Part shown: positions 13,301 through 27,089 of the stretch, in pieces
Position numbering within the stretch: the stretch's first letter is position 1
How the letters are laid out: every line of letters starts with the position of its first letter
NCBI RefSeq assembly: GCF_000181795.1
Contig: NW_003526947.1
Location: 1,038,029-1,102,028, forward strand
Direction of reading: 5' to 3'
Source of the DNA: Trichinella spiralis
Lineage: Eukaryota
DNA: 64,000 nt
Program-made: the position numbers and the translations under genes
The notes under the pieces: generated by a model
Databases searched by the model: none
Told to the model about the DNA's origin: nothing
Seen by the model: only the letters and a program-made list of their open reading frames with translations

Positions 13301-16300
13301 ATTTCAAACATGCTGACGTCAATGCAGTGTTTTTTGCCTGTTTCACTTGCAGAGGGCCCTTTTCTCGCACCTATATTTGCACCAAGAGACATATCTTTGT
13401 GTCACTTCTGGTTATTGATAGTGAAAGGGAAATTGTTCATTTCTTAAATTTCATTGGATGGGCAAAAAGTGGCGGTCTCCGGTTGAAACCAACTCACCAA
13501 TTGGTGCAAAAGAGAAAGAAACTGAGCTGCAACTTTTTGCCCGTTTCGACACTTTCTCCCCACTGTTCTGCTGTTTGATTTTTCTCCTCGTACGAGTGGA
13601 TTGTAATTTTTGATATTTTTAATTTATTCATCATTATCATCACTAATATGCTCGCTTGATTCACTGTTGTGCAATATTATTATTTTCTCTTCTGATCAAA
13701 GTAATAAATATATCCCTGTTTCCAATGGTTAACGTTAAGCTGCTTTTATAGAGGAAAACTTACTGCTGTACTGAAAAGTAGCAACGAATCGTCGTTTCTA
13801 GTAATAAATAATGTTCCCATTCGCTGCCACCCCTTCACTGCATATCGCCATTACTCAACCGTCATTATGCAACAAGCAGTTCTCGGTATTTTTTCCAGGA
13901 ACTTAATTTTTTTTTAAATTCAACATTATTTGTGCAATAATAATTATAACTGAATTTGATTGAGCAAAAGCTAAGATTGCAACGTAATCTAATGAATAAT
14001 GATGATGATGATTTTTTCATTCTACTAAACAGTCTGACTATTTTTGTAAGAAAAAAAAGAACAAATATTGAATACAAGAGGAATTTTTTCTCTCTTTCTG
14101 AAAAGTGATTTTACAAATAGATTAAAAAAAACTGCTGTATTCATTGATTTGAAGAATAATTTCTCTTCGGTCATGAAAAATGTTGCTTAGTAGAACTGAT
14201 GAGGCCCAGTTTTTCCATTTAATGTCAGTAATGATTAAAAAGAAATGGAGCTTCTTTAACTAAAAATCTAGTTTCATTTCCATTTTAAATTTCAAAAGTT
14301 ACTGATGGCAATTAAAAACTGCATAATCGATGTATAAATAACGGCAAGTAAATTTTGTTCATTGTTCAAGGATAGAGGAGAAGCCAGTCTTGCTACTGTG
14401 TAGCATCTCCTTCTTTGTTCAAATTAATGTGGATAGAAAATCTCCAACAAGGCATCCTCTTTTCTAATTTCAATCCTTCTATAACCCCGGCTCTATGAGT
14501 AATTAATTGATGCAGCCTTTTTATTGATGCAATCAAAGGCAATCCATAGTAAAAATTTACATTTGGAGCGATGTAAAGTTTATTTCGTCAATTTATACAA
14601 ATTACTGAAATGAAAAAGCAGAGCTTTCGCTAATTTGCTTCTGTTGCAAATCTAGTAACTTTGGATGATTTTCATTAATAGCACTTGAAACAGTGAATTA
14701 ACAATGACAATCATTTTCTCTTATAATCACAGAACAAATGATTCAATGAAGCTGATCTTTTACATCTATCTCTACAAAGTTGTATATATATATATATATA
14801 TTTGGTGTAGAATTGTTTTTTGCTTTGCTCTTTTTGTGTGAGCATAGAAAATTATTTATAGTGTTAATTAAAAAACAAATAACAAATATCTGCAAATGAT
14901 CATTTTCCTGGATCGAAGCATTTGTTTTGTTGAAGTAAGCTTTATACATATATATTTATAATGCATTATAATAGTTTATTATGTATTAAATAAAATATAA
15001 AAATGATCCACGCTTAAAAATTGTTTTTCATCACCAACACAGACAATACAAACAGATTTATCAAAGATTTGAACAATTAAAGCATTCCTAGTTGGTAAAC
15101 TTTTATCATAGTAGCTTCCCAATTAATTGCTCCCATCACTGCACTTTGTGTTTACTTGCGATTGAAGCATAAATAGCCAACTATTTAGTTTTGAATAAAT
15201 AAATAAAGAAAAAAAACAATAAAAAACATTGTGCTAAATGTGCTCAAATTGCTTGTCTGTTATAAAAGGGAATTTTTTGTTCAGCTAAACAAATTCCATT
15301 GGATGATAATCATTCTATTTATCATTCCAAGCTTGCATTTCAAAAAGCAGCATAATAAGCACATTCGTTTGTATGAAGACTCGTGGTTGCACTAAATTTT
15401 TCTAATATTCATATATGGTAAATGATAAAATCTTCAGTGTAAATAACATAAATAAATTTCCGTTAAAAATAGGTTATTCTTATTGATTTAAATTCATTTT
15501 TAATTCACTTTTAAACAATCAGTCAATTGTCTGAACATAAACGGATAATGTATATTTGGAGTTCAAGTGAAAATATAAAATCCATTTGGTCAATAGCAAT
15601 TTTGTGCACTAATTATTTACAAACATCAGAAGTGATTATAAAGATATATAATTGCACAATTGACGACATTGAAAATATCTATATGAGTGATCATTGCATG
15701 ATTATTAGTTTAACAGCGTAATTTTCGTTTTCTCAGATTAAACTTTGAAGTTTTTTCAGATAATTTCAAAATATCAATACTGCTAATAATTTATTCGTAT
15801 CATTTACTTGTAATATTAACATTAACATTCCATTGAGCAGTTGAGCAGTTTTAAATAGATCAAAGGCTGCAAGAATAGTTTAAATTTTTAATGATTACAA
15901 TCAAATTACACAAATATAATCTACATGTGTACACATGTAAGATAAGGTTTTAAATTAAATTTTTATAAATTGAACATCATTCAAATGTGCTCTATGGTTG
16001 TTTCTTCATGCATGCATGTTTCTTTTTGTTTTACATATTTGCAAACATTTTTTCTGGTATTGGAAAATTTCAGTACAACTGTTGAATAATTTGACATCTC
16101 CACAAATGTTATTATTAGTAAGCGTTAATGTGAATGAATGAATATACATACGAACATGAATAAGGAAATTCAAATAATGCGTTATTTCAAAATGGAAATG
16201 TCACCTGGTTTAAATTCTGTATGATTCATTAAAATTTTTAGTATTGAGAAATGGTTATTTAGTTGGTGGTTGAATATGTAAAAAAAAAATGTTCATTTAT

Positions 16301-19300
16301 TAGAAAACAAGCGGATTATTTATTTATTTATTTATTTATTTGAGTTTGATGGGGAAAATAACAATATAACTGTCATTGCAATATGTTTTTTTTGGTAATT
16401 TGATTCAGATTAATTTGATCAAATCTGTGGGATAATAATAATAATAATTGTCATTTGAACATGCGCTATATTTGAGTATTGTAAAAAATTTTTGTTCGTC
16501 AACGCCATCTCAACTTGTGCACTGAGTCTAATTAAGCGACAACATCTTTAAAAATCAGACAACAAATGCTCGAACTGATAGCAAATGGATTTACCATGCT
16601 TGTTGCTTGCGTGCCTGCTTGCTCCTTTTCGAACGAAGTCAGTCATAATTGCACATTATTAAATATAGCCACTTAATAATCGACAGACAGACAGATAGCA
16701 TGCAGCTGTTTTGACAAATAAATAATATCTTTCTATGAAAAATACGAAGAAATGGGAAAAGAGAAATTTTTCTTGTCCACTTTAAGCTGGCCAACCTTGA
16801 ACCATGATGATGGTCATCTAGGGTGAAAAGGGTTCGACAAGAAAGAAAGCTTCTCTAGTTTCTAATCAGAATATATGCATTTTGTTAAAAGAAATATTTT
16901 TTTCATTGAAAACGTGTCAAAAATATTAATGTAGCAGTGTTGAAGTCGAGCAAACGGCAAAGTAAGTTAGTCAGTTAATTGCTTGCTTATTCACACACAC
17001 ACACACACACACAGAGCAGCACCACCAGCGCTGCTGCTCTCTGTGAAAGGAGCAGCTTCGGCTTGTCTCAAGCAACGGCTCATTTGCTACTTATATTGCA
17101 GATCGATTAGTTCTATTGCAGAAAAGTTTACACTTCCATGGCAATTTGAATTCATTTTCTCTGTACAAAGTTCCATGATGAAAATGGCTCATTGGTCTTT
17201 TCTTTTTTTTGAAAAAAAATTTCAATTTATTACCTCATGACGTTGCGATTTTTTTTCAAAATTAATGCAACAATTTTACATTTGAATGTTGTGCAATTTC
17301 AGATTGACGTGGCACAAGTTTTCGACCAGCATTCGAGAAGTCGAAGTTCGTCAAACGTTCAAGATCATATCAAAGGTAAGAAAATACAAATGAATTAAAA
17401 AAATCGCATGCATTCGAAAAGTTTGTCCAATAAACTATAATTTTTGCTATTCAATTCATCTAATCTAATCGGTCTGAGCAGACAGCAATGTTCATTATTC
17501 TCATTTTCAACTTTTCCAATTTCTTCATTGTAAAAGACTTATTAAAACCCCGTGTGATATGACGACGCCGATCAATTGAATTAATCTCTTGCTAGCCGAA
17601 AGCAAAGCTTGCAAAACTATATTTGCATGCTATATAGATAAGAATGCGCGCAACTGGTCTGACGTCACTGACCCGTCATACGTCATACTACTTTTCCGTA
17701 CTAATATTGCTGTTGTACTTTAAGCTTTTCTGCTTGTCGCAAAATCCCTCTGCTTCGAGCATTAATAAATATATTTATTTATTTATTTAATTCCAATATA
17801 TTAGATCAGATTTCAATTGGATACAAAAGTTTTTTTTTTCAAATCTAGTTTCTTAGTTGATGTGATGTGATTTGAAGTGAAACTATTCTTCTTTCTTTTG
17901 GATGTGCAAAAATTTCTCAAGATGCTTGAGATTTAATTCTTTCTCTTTCTAGAGTTTCATTCAATAATTTTACTTTTCAATTTACAGTTGCAATTTTACA
18001 AACAAACCGTAATTTAAACCATCATCACCATTACTAGAATCCTCAGCGCTACTTTTTAACTTGAGCTTCATTTCACTTTTTCCTCTTCAAACAACTGCTA
18101 AAGTCGACCCACGATCTAACGTCATCGGATATGGTTGAAATGCAATGTCAAGATGTCAATAATAAATAGCAACTGCATTTGTTATTTCTCATGAATATCT
18201 CGAGTAAATAATTTTACACGGTTGTCCCTATTTTCATCAGTTTATTAATTAATTAGTAATGGAACTTATTTGTCTTGTTGAACTGAAACAAAACATCAAA
18301 AAACAAAACTGTCAAGAACTGCTTGCTTTGTATGTTATTATAAATACAATTGCATCTTGCTTGTATTTGTTGAGGTTACCTCATAACGGCTAAAACATTT
18401 TGCATTCTAGATTAAGCTTTTGATTTTTCAGTTTACCTATCCAATGGAAATACAATTGGTAAAAAAATGATAGAACACTAATAATACAATAGATTCAAAT
18501 TGTGGATGAAAATATTTTCATAGAAAAAAAGCGCTTATGTGCATGCTGTGTTGTTAGAAATGGAAATATTAGAAAATTTCGACACTGCATTTGTGCAAGT
18601 TCAGATGAACAACAAAAGTTTGTTTATCTTATCTTAAGCTTGCTGTCAGGTTGTCAAGCAAGGTTGCCCTTCCTTTTCTATTTCAAATAATGCAAGCAAC
18701 AGCAGATGAGAAGCTGTAGAGGGAGACAGACGGGCAGCTTGTTTGACAAATGAATGCATCCATGCCGGCATCTATTTTGTCTTTTCTCTTCTCAACCGCT
18801 TTGATCGATCACCGTTGCAAAATATTGCATGCATTTAAAATATGTTAATTAATCAAAAAACAGAAAAGAAATTTGTTCTTTTTTTTCGTTTTGTAAATCA
18901 AAAACATGATGATCATTTTACCATATTTGAATATGGAATCTTTATCTGCTTTTTCGAAATACGAATATAGCTAGGTTTCAGGATATTAGTTTGAAAGTTT
19001 TGCAATTTTTCCCACAGCAGGTGATAAAATGCGACTATTTGATAGAAACGGTGAAATTTACCGGTGAGCATATCAATATGTGAAACCAATTTAGTCAGTC
19101 AATTTTATTTTGTTTCATAAGAAAAATTATTAAAATCCAACTTATAAACTGTATCATTTTTTTAAATTACCTATTAACAAAAAATGAACGCAAGCAATAT
19201 AGACTTATTGTTCAATTGGAGAGTGTTGTAATGCGTGTGCTCAGCGAGCGATTTCCTTATTTGAGCGCATTTAAATTTGAAAATAAAATTTCATTCGTTC

Positions 19301-19795
19301 GTAAACAATCTTCCTCAAAGCTACTGAGACTGAACAAAAGTAGAATTATTATATAGCTGTGTTGATTAGCGGAGGCTTGTAATGCAAAAAAACAAGTAAA
19401 ATTTTTTAATTTCATATTATCAATATTATTACTGCATCTTTTGCATCGAATGGAAATTCATAAATATGAATGACATCATTAAAAGCAATATTTAGAATTT
19501 TATTGCACTATGATTGTTCCCGTCTGTGTGCTATCAGTATTATTATTATTATTGCTGTTGTTGTTGTTGTTGTTGCTATTATTATTATTATTTTTGATAT
19601 AATAAATATTTATTGATTTTAAACTGATGATCATTTACAATGGTGGATATTTTTAAATTTTTTACGGTCACTTCTTTTTCTAATTGACAAATGCTGTAGA
19701 GCATCATTGTTGTAAAGCTGAAGAGTTTCAGTTGCATTTAGCATAGCAACTTTATGACGCTTTGCTGCCGAGAGTGTTTGCTTTCTGATTAACTG

Positions 19796-19827
<32 letters not shown>
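19796..19827. repeat. (GCT)n microsatellite
   Basis: About 10 tandem TGC units. Confidence 0.9.
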
Positions 19828-19829
<2 letters not shown>

Positions 19830-21868
19830 CGTGCAAAATCGATGATACACTTTGAAAATGTGTACGCAAGAGTCATTGTTTATGCGAAGCGACTCCAGCT
19901 TGAAAGTGACTTGCCTCATTACAATGTCAATAGCCACCACCACGTTCATTTTGCCCGCATTTTGCTCAGTCCCAACAACACTAGCCGGCTAGCTAGCTAG
20001 CTGGCCAGCACACAAGTGCGCTTCATTTGTCGCCTGGATTTAGAATAGAAAAAAAATATATTTTTGATATTTTACGATCACCAAGAAGCAAACTATTAAA
20101 AAAAAGAGGGAAGAAAAAGCAAAACCTTCTCAATTTTGCATATTGTTCGGCTGATTTGCATCTTGTCCAATTCGACTGTACGCTGTTCCAACTTGAACCC
20201 TAGCTTCGGCTGAATACTGTACAAAATCGCGTAAGCAAAGCAATCTTATCAATTTTTGGCTATCGTCAATGATGTTAGCATTGAAGATTGGAAGGGAAAA
20301 GGCACAAATTTGTACACAGCATGGGAAAATTCTTTTTTTTTCAAATTCATTTGCATATTTTTGTTTTTTAATCAGAATCAACGAAAGAAAAAGAAAGGCG
20401 TAGTGGTATAGTGATGATAGGTTTTTTCGCTTTTAAAATTTCAAATTGTGAACGTTCTAAGAATGGTTTTTTTCTATACTGCGAATTTTTCCCTGTCAGC
20501 AAAACGATGAAAAGTCCGCGCAGCATTGTGAAGTGCCTGATGGTTGTTTACGCGACAGCTCTTTTGACAGTATACGATCATTCAAACACGCGTTGCCACG
20601 TCAGTCGGGCGAATTCTGCTCTGCTAATAGAAGAATATTTCTTTTCTTTTTTCCTTTTGCAATTATGAATAATTTGATAAATGAAATTGCTTTTTCCATT
20701 TTTAATTTCAAAATTTTTCAAACATTTGATTATTGTTCAGTTGTTAGTTTATCATTAATGTAAAGTGATTTTTATTGCAACTTTGCTTTACTTTTTTGCT
20801 ATCAATTTTTTTTCATTTCTACATCGATGGATGAAATTCAAATTCAATTCAAATTTATCATTTCAACTCCAATGTCTGTTTGAATAATTTAAGCAGAAAA
20901 ATTCAAGCAATAATTTCGTGCAATTTATTATTACACTATAATGGGAAAATTTTCAGCAAATTTTATTGGCAATTCTGTTGTTTGTCAGTGTCTGTGTTCA
21001 GAATTCATTTCATTGTTAAGGTGGGCAGCAGCAGCAAATTCAATTACTATTAACTGAATCATTCATTTTATTCATTCTTTGCCATCTATTGTATCACACA
21101 TCAATACAAACCAGAGCGCTCTATTCATAAATACATGCATGCATATATATATGTATATACGTGCATATATATAGCGGGTAAATTTTTACTTCATTATAAC
21201 TGCCAGTTTCAAATATGAGAACACTGAGTTATTCAAATATTTAAACTGGCAATATGAAATATGTATTTGCATTTTTGTTGTATTTACTTTCTTTTATTAA
21301 CTGATCTATGCAGTTAAACAGAAAACGTAGTTCTTGGTTTTTTGATGCTATCCAGAAAATTCAGTTTTACTGTAAATCATTATAATAATATCATTTCTTA
21401 TAACCATTGTGTAGATAGAATTTTCCAATAGCATTTTCTTCTGCTATTTATTGAAAATAAAACATGGGGAGAAATTGAAAAGGCAAATTGTGTTTAAACA
21501 CTGCACACGCGCACGCACATTTATAATAATAATAATAATTCAATTTATAGAAAAAAATTCCACAATTCTGTGATAAAATTCAACAAATGAATAAAAATAT
21601 TTACCACCTTCATTGCATTCTATTTACTTTTAGATTAATTTTTTTGGCTGCAGTTATTTCATTTATTAATTGCTTACTGTACGATGTGAATATACTTTAA
21701 TGAATATTTAAATCATTAAAAAGATTGTGAATTTTACCTTTTTTTCCCATCTAATTTGACATTCATGATTGATTAACTTGCCTATTTAAAACCGCTTGTA
21801 TATTTTATTCTAAAGACACTTCACTTTTCATCCATTCGATAAAACTAGTAAAGAGTTCAACATCAGCA

Positions 21869-23483
21869 ATGTCCGTCGTTTTTCATCCCTCGTCTGCTGA
21901 CCGTTCCCCTACTCGTTCAGTTCACTACGTTGAAATGAATCCGACATCTTCACTTGAGGTTTGCATAAATTGCAAAAATTCTACAACACTTTTAAAATTG
22001 CATATTCCGTTTATAGTGTCTATTGCGACGATGTGCCCACTGGAATTTTGACGTGTTCTTGCTCAACCGTCTTTCAGATGGTAAATGGTTGCATTTTATT
22101 TTTGAAATTCTTGGAGATAATAAATTTTGTTGAAACTTGCAGGTCATCCCATAATGGCACTTGGGTGCAAGCTTTTCAAATGGTACGACTTTGCATCAGT
22201 GTTCCATTTTGATTGGGTGGCTATTTTTAAATGCCTCAGTAAGTGTTATTGCTAATTTTTTTTCCTTTTTGAAATATGTGAAATCAACTTAGGACTAATT
22301 GAATCCGGCTACTATAATAATCCCTATCACACCGCTGTACATGCTGCGGATGTTGCTCAGGCATTACATTGCTTCATACAAACATTTGACGTATTGCCAT
22401 TTTTTTTCCTTTAAAATATACTAATAAATTCATTATGGGATTGTCGCTTTGTTATTTTTAGCTCAGCCATGCGTACAGCCATTTAGACTTGTTTATTGTT
22501 CTTATTGCTGCCTTTGGACATGACGTTTATCATCCAGGAGTGAATTCTCAATTTTTGGAAAACTCGAACCATTATCTTTATCAAATATATCAGGTAATTG
22601 AAAATATTTCGCTTACTTAATATCTCGTTTTTTTTTCTTTTCTTCTGGATACATGCATTTTTGGAATTCAATCGTTTAGAATTGCTCAATTTTGGAAAAC
22701 TTTCACTGGCGTTGCTTGCTGGCTATTTTACACGAATGTGGTTTGGCTTTGTTCTTCACATCTAGTGAATGGTTTGTGTATGCAATGTTTGTAGTTACCT
22801 GACGATTTATGCATTTAGGAATTACATATGCGAAACATTAGGCGCCTTAATTCTTTCAACTGACATTCGTCGTCAAAATGAATATTTGACCGATTTAAAA
22901 GTTAACTTTTTTTTTGTATTTGCTATGCGTATATTAATCAATGGATTATTGAAAAAATTTAGAATTTTTTAAGTGGCGATGATAATGGTGAAATGCTTTT
23001 ACAAAAAAGAGAATCCCGCATTGCGTGCTTACAGGTGAGCTGCAAATTCTACTTGCAGACTGTGCATTTTGCAAAATTTGTAGATGCTGTTGAAGTGTGC
23101 TGATGTGTCAAATTGCGGGAGAGAATTAAGGCACAGTCGATTGTGGGCTCTGCGTGTTTCTGCTGAACTGTATTCTCAAGGTGAGATGAGGCAAATTGTT
23201 TTCTATGCTATAAAAGCTTTTAGCTGACCTGTTGTTCAAGGGGAAAAAGAAAAACAACTCGGCATAAAAGTGAGCGAACATTGCGATAGCTCTATTACAT
23301 CCGTGCCGCTGATACAGATAAGTGAGATTCCAGTTTTTTTTTCAAATTATATTCTTCCATAACAATATTCTAACTACACTAGATTAGCATTTTTAACAAT
23401 GGGAATATTAGTGGAATTGAAATTAATAAAATTTAAACATGAAATGTTAATTATTACTGGCATATAATTGAAAGATGTTTTAC

Positions 23484-23515
<32 letters not shown>

Positions 23516-23788
23516 GGTTAATATTCAATCAGTTTGCATTTTCACTGAAACATTTGTAAATTTTAATGCATTTTAGAATTTGCTGATCATGTTGTCCTTC
23601 CATTGTACAATGAGTTGAAAAAATTTTCAAACTGTTCACTGACTGCCAGAATTTTAAAGCACATTCATTCAAATCGTCATTACTGGCTGCGTTCACTTAA
23701 TGGTGATACGGATACACTTACAGATACAGCTAAACGTTTCTGCTTACTCGCTATAAAAAAGCGTAAATCACTATTTTGCAGCTTTTAA
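21869..23788 (+). CDS. Class I cyclic-nucleotide phosphodiesterase, PDE7-like, ~371 aa; exons 21869-21958, 22017-22080, 22143-22238, 22293-22390, 22462-22593, 22680-22771, 22819-22900, 22963-23034, 23084-23180, 23241-23321, 23577-23788
   Basis: Spliced translation contains [66 protein letters not shown] and IQIKF. Metal-binding His/Asp residues and the invariant Gln are present. The start codon is uncertain. Confidence 0.93.
23484..23515. repeat. (AGTT)n microsatellite in the last PDE intron
   Basis: About 8 tandem AGTT units. Confidence 0.85.
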
Positions 23789-25530
23789 ATTTCCAATTAT
23801 TTAACAGATATATATATATATGTACGTTGAATTCATATTTAAATTTGTTTTCAGCAGTTTAAATTGTTTTTATATTATTGCTCATGCATGCATAGTAGGG
23901 TTTTGGATATTTATTTTTATGCTGTTTGATCTACTCGCACGCATAATTAAATACATTTGTTTAACGTACTCATTTTTGACTATCAATCTCTACTGTACTA
24001 TGATAAATCAAAATGTTGAATTATGATATCGAAAATTGAGCAGAGGCTTTTTTTTCCTTTTAGAAAGATTAAAATCCCAATTAGTATATTTGGATGAAAA
24101 CTGTTTGCTCTATCCACCTGATGGAAAAAGTGTCCTTCGCAACTTGGCGCTTCAGTGATGACAATTGTTGACTTGAAACCAATGCCTCAGTTTTTAAATG
24201 TTCATATGTGTACAACAACAACAACAGCAACATACATATACGCACAACATGCCAATATTAAATACACCCCATGAACAGTTTCCATTTTCACTTTTCTCAA
24301 TTGCTACTCACTCTTCCATTCTATTAAGAAACAAATGTTTGTTTTATTGTTTTTTACCTGATGTTTATTTATGATCGGCTAACAAATGATGGGAATAGTG
24401 TTGATGATATTGATGTATGTCCATAGAAAGATGGATCTACCTCAAATTATAAGCAGGTCAAAATTTCATATTTTGAACAGTTGTTGTAATTGAAAAGAAC
24501 ATAAATAGCACTGCAGAAAAACAATATTTAATTTTGTTTCATCCCTCTCAGTTCATCAAATTGTTCACCTGTTACGGTAAAGCATATACTTGATTGATGT
24601 TTTGTTTTATTATGAAACTGTTTCATTTGCACAACTTTTATTATTTAGCTGTAACAGTTGAAAGGGAAAGCAGAAAAAACAGTGGTTTACCAGTGGTTTC
24701 AAACTGCAATCTGTTCAATGTGAGCATGGGTTTAAGCAAGTGGAATTTCGTGCTTCTTTTTTTTGTTTTTTTAAAGAAAACTGATGATCTGATCATTTGA
24801 TCCAACTTCCGTGACAGTATTCAAGTTGAAAAGCAACAAACAATCTCAGAAAAGGTTGTTGCTGACCTGCATGCTTACAGTAGATCAGTATAAATGTGAA
24901 GATGGGGCTGTGGTGTGATGGAAAGATGCTGAAGGCAAGTAGAAACAAATATGGACAAACTGATGTGTCGAAATTGTTGACGAGTCTCTTGACCCTTTGA
25001 TTGAGCAACGAAGCCGCCGTCCAAGCAGCGGAAATAGCGGCTACTTTTCTGTGCAAATATTTCCAGGTCGCGAGAGCACCGGACGCGTGAGAAAACAATT
25101 TTTCTTTTCTTTCACTTTTTTTTGCCACTCTTATATTTGATTGTAAGCTTAATTGTTATGAACGCAGACACTTACAACGATGGCAACAGCATCTACTCTT
25201 CGTTTTTCTTCTTTCTTATTTCTAAGATCTCAGGGAAGTTGTGACTTTTGAAAAGCACAAATTTTAATCTTTTCCAAAAGAACTAACTCTGTTTAGCAGT
25301 AATTGGATTACTAAATAATATGAATAAACCTTTTTTTTCCAGAATTGTCACCGAAATCATGCCGAACAATAGACAAACCCTCATACGTACATAGAATATG
25401 ACAGAATAAAATCCTATTCCTAAAATGATGGCTTATTATGGAAGAACAATGAAACTTAATCTTTTGTGATTATTGCTAAAAATCTTTTCCTATTCTCAGC
25501 TTTGTACGAAATTAGCATCGGTTGCTGTCA

Positions 25531-26317
25531 GAAATGGAATTAACAGGCGTTAAAAGATTACACCTCAACACGCCATCATTATGACACTTTGAAATGAAGT
25601 GAAAATGACTGAAAAATTAGGACACAACAAAGCCTAAATACAACAGTTAGGCCAAAATGGATTTATTACACTTGTTGTTGTTGTCGTTGCTTGAACAAAG
25701 ACGAATATTTTATAATTGTTCATAAATTCGTCTATTGCATTGTTTGATGCCGGTTTTGAATATTTATTAAAAATTTTTTGCATGACTTATTCGAAAAATA
25801 TATTATGTTTTTGAAATTTGCAATAATTTCATGCATCCTATTTATTATATTTTAACTTCTTCTAACAGTTTTGCATTCACATTTACATTTATGAAGTATG
25901 AATTAATAAATGACTGAATAAAATTCAAAATAAAAAAGAGTCATTTTTTCAGATATATTCAAATGGAAATTACGCAAATGAGAATCAATTAAAAGTCAAA
26001 TACTTGGCATATGTCTAAAGAAAAGCACAAGCACTTGGTGATAGAAGAAAAATGCGGTTGTAATTCTTGAATCATTTGAAATTATGAATGGAATATTATT
26101 TCTTTCCAAAAATAAACATAATTATGTTAGAACAAATTTTACATATCAACAAAATTTAAATGCCATTTATATAGAATTATTTTGATTAATGAAAACATTT
26201 CTCACATTATGAGACAGGGAAGAAGTTTTGCTCAATTAGCAATTAGTTGCAATGAACAATAATTGCAGTATATGCCGTGTTGAGATGGGATCTTTTAACG
26301 CCTGTTAATTTCATTTC
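25531..26317. repeat. Imperfect 46-bp inverted repeat pair (25531-25576 and 26272-26317)
   Basis: GAAATGGAATTAACAGGCGTTAAAAGATTACACCTCAACACGCCAT versus the reverse complement of 26272-26317, GAAATGAAATTAACAGGCGTTAAAAGATCCCATCTCAACACGGCAT: 41/46 identical with a 21-bp perfect core. Confidence 0.85.
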
Positions 26318-27089
26318 ATAATCGCAAAGTGTTGCTTCAAAGATATGCCTTAATTAGCACTACTTTTGTAATACTTGATTCAAAAAAGGGAAAAATTCTG
26401 GAAGTTGTGTTTGCAATGTCAAACAAGTAAAATTGAAAGCACTGTCCTGGTGAACATTTTTGAAATTTGAAATAAAAGTGACATATGACAAAGAATTTCA
26501 TCTAATAAATAGTCCAAGATGAATATGAACATGGAATGTTGCTAAATTTTATGCCTGTTAAATACTCAATACTGATGTGATTCATTTGTTAAATTATCTA
26601 GAACAAGAAACGTTTGCAGTTGAACGTTTTCAAGCAAATGAATACTTTCATTTATGAAAAACACTCCAAGTTATCTAAACGTTTCTGAAAAAGAATGCAT
26701 GTTTCATTTTCAGCTATTAATTTGTGATGAGCACAAGTTTGATTCGAGTGATTTTCGTTTTTCCACATCCTTCCATTTGCCCCTGAGCTGTTTATTACTT
26801 TTCATTCTTTTTACGCGAATTCTAAAGTTTAGCACATGTTTTCTTAAAACGTTCATAGTTTATCTCAGATTAACACAATGTTACAAGGTTAATTCTTTGG
26901 CCGGAGAAAGTGCCCTGGCTTTGAGCGCGCAAAATGCACATTGATACTTGACATTTTCATTAATCAGTGACGTAGCCGAAATAAACAAATCAGCTTTGCG
27001 AATTAGCCATTTGGCCAATCAGCAGCGAATACATTACACAGTGAGTGAGATCGGTCAGGAATGTTGTATTCATTCTGCTGACGCTGACA

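Noticed and set aside
19631..19949. Poly-Ala and poly-Ser ORFs
   Set aside because: Produced by the (GCT)n microsatellite; no other coding signal.
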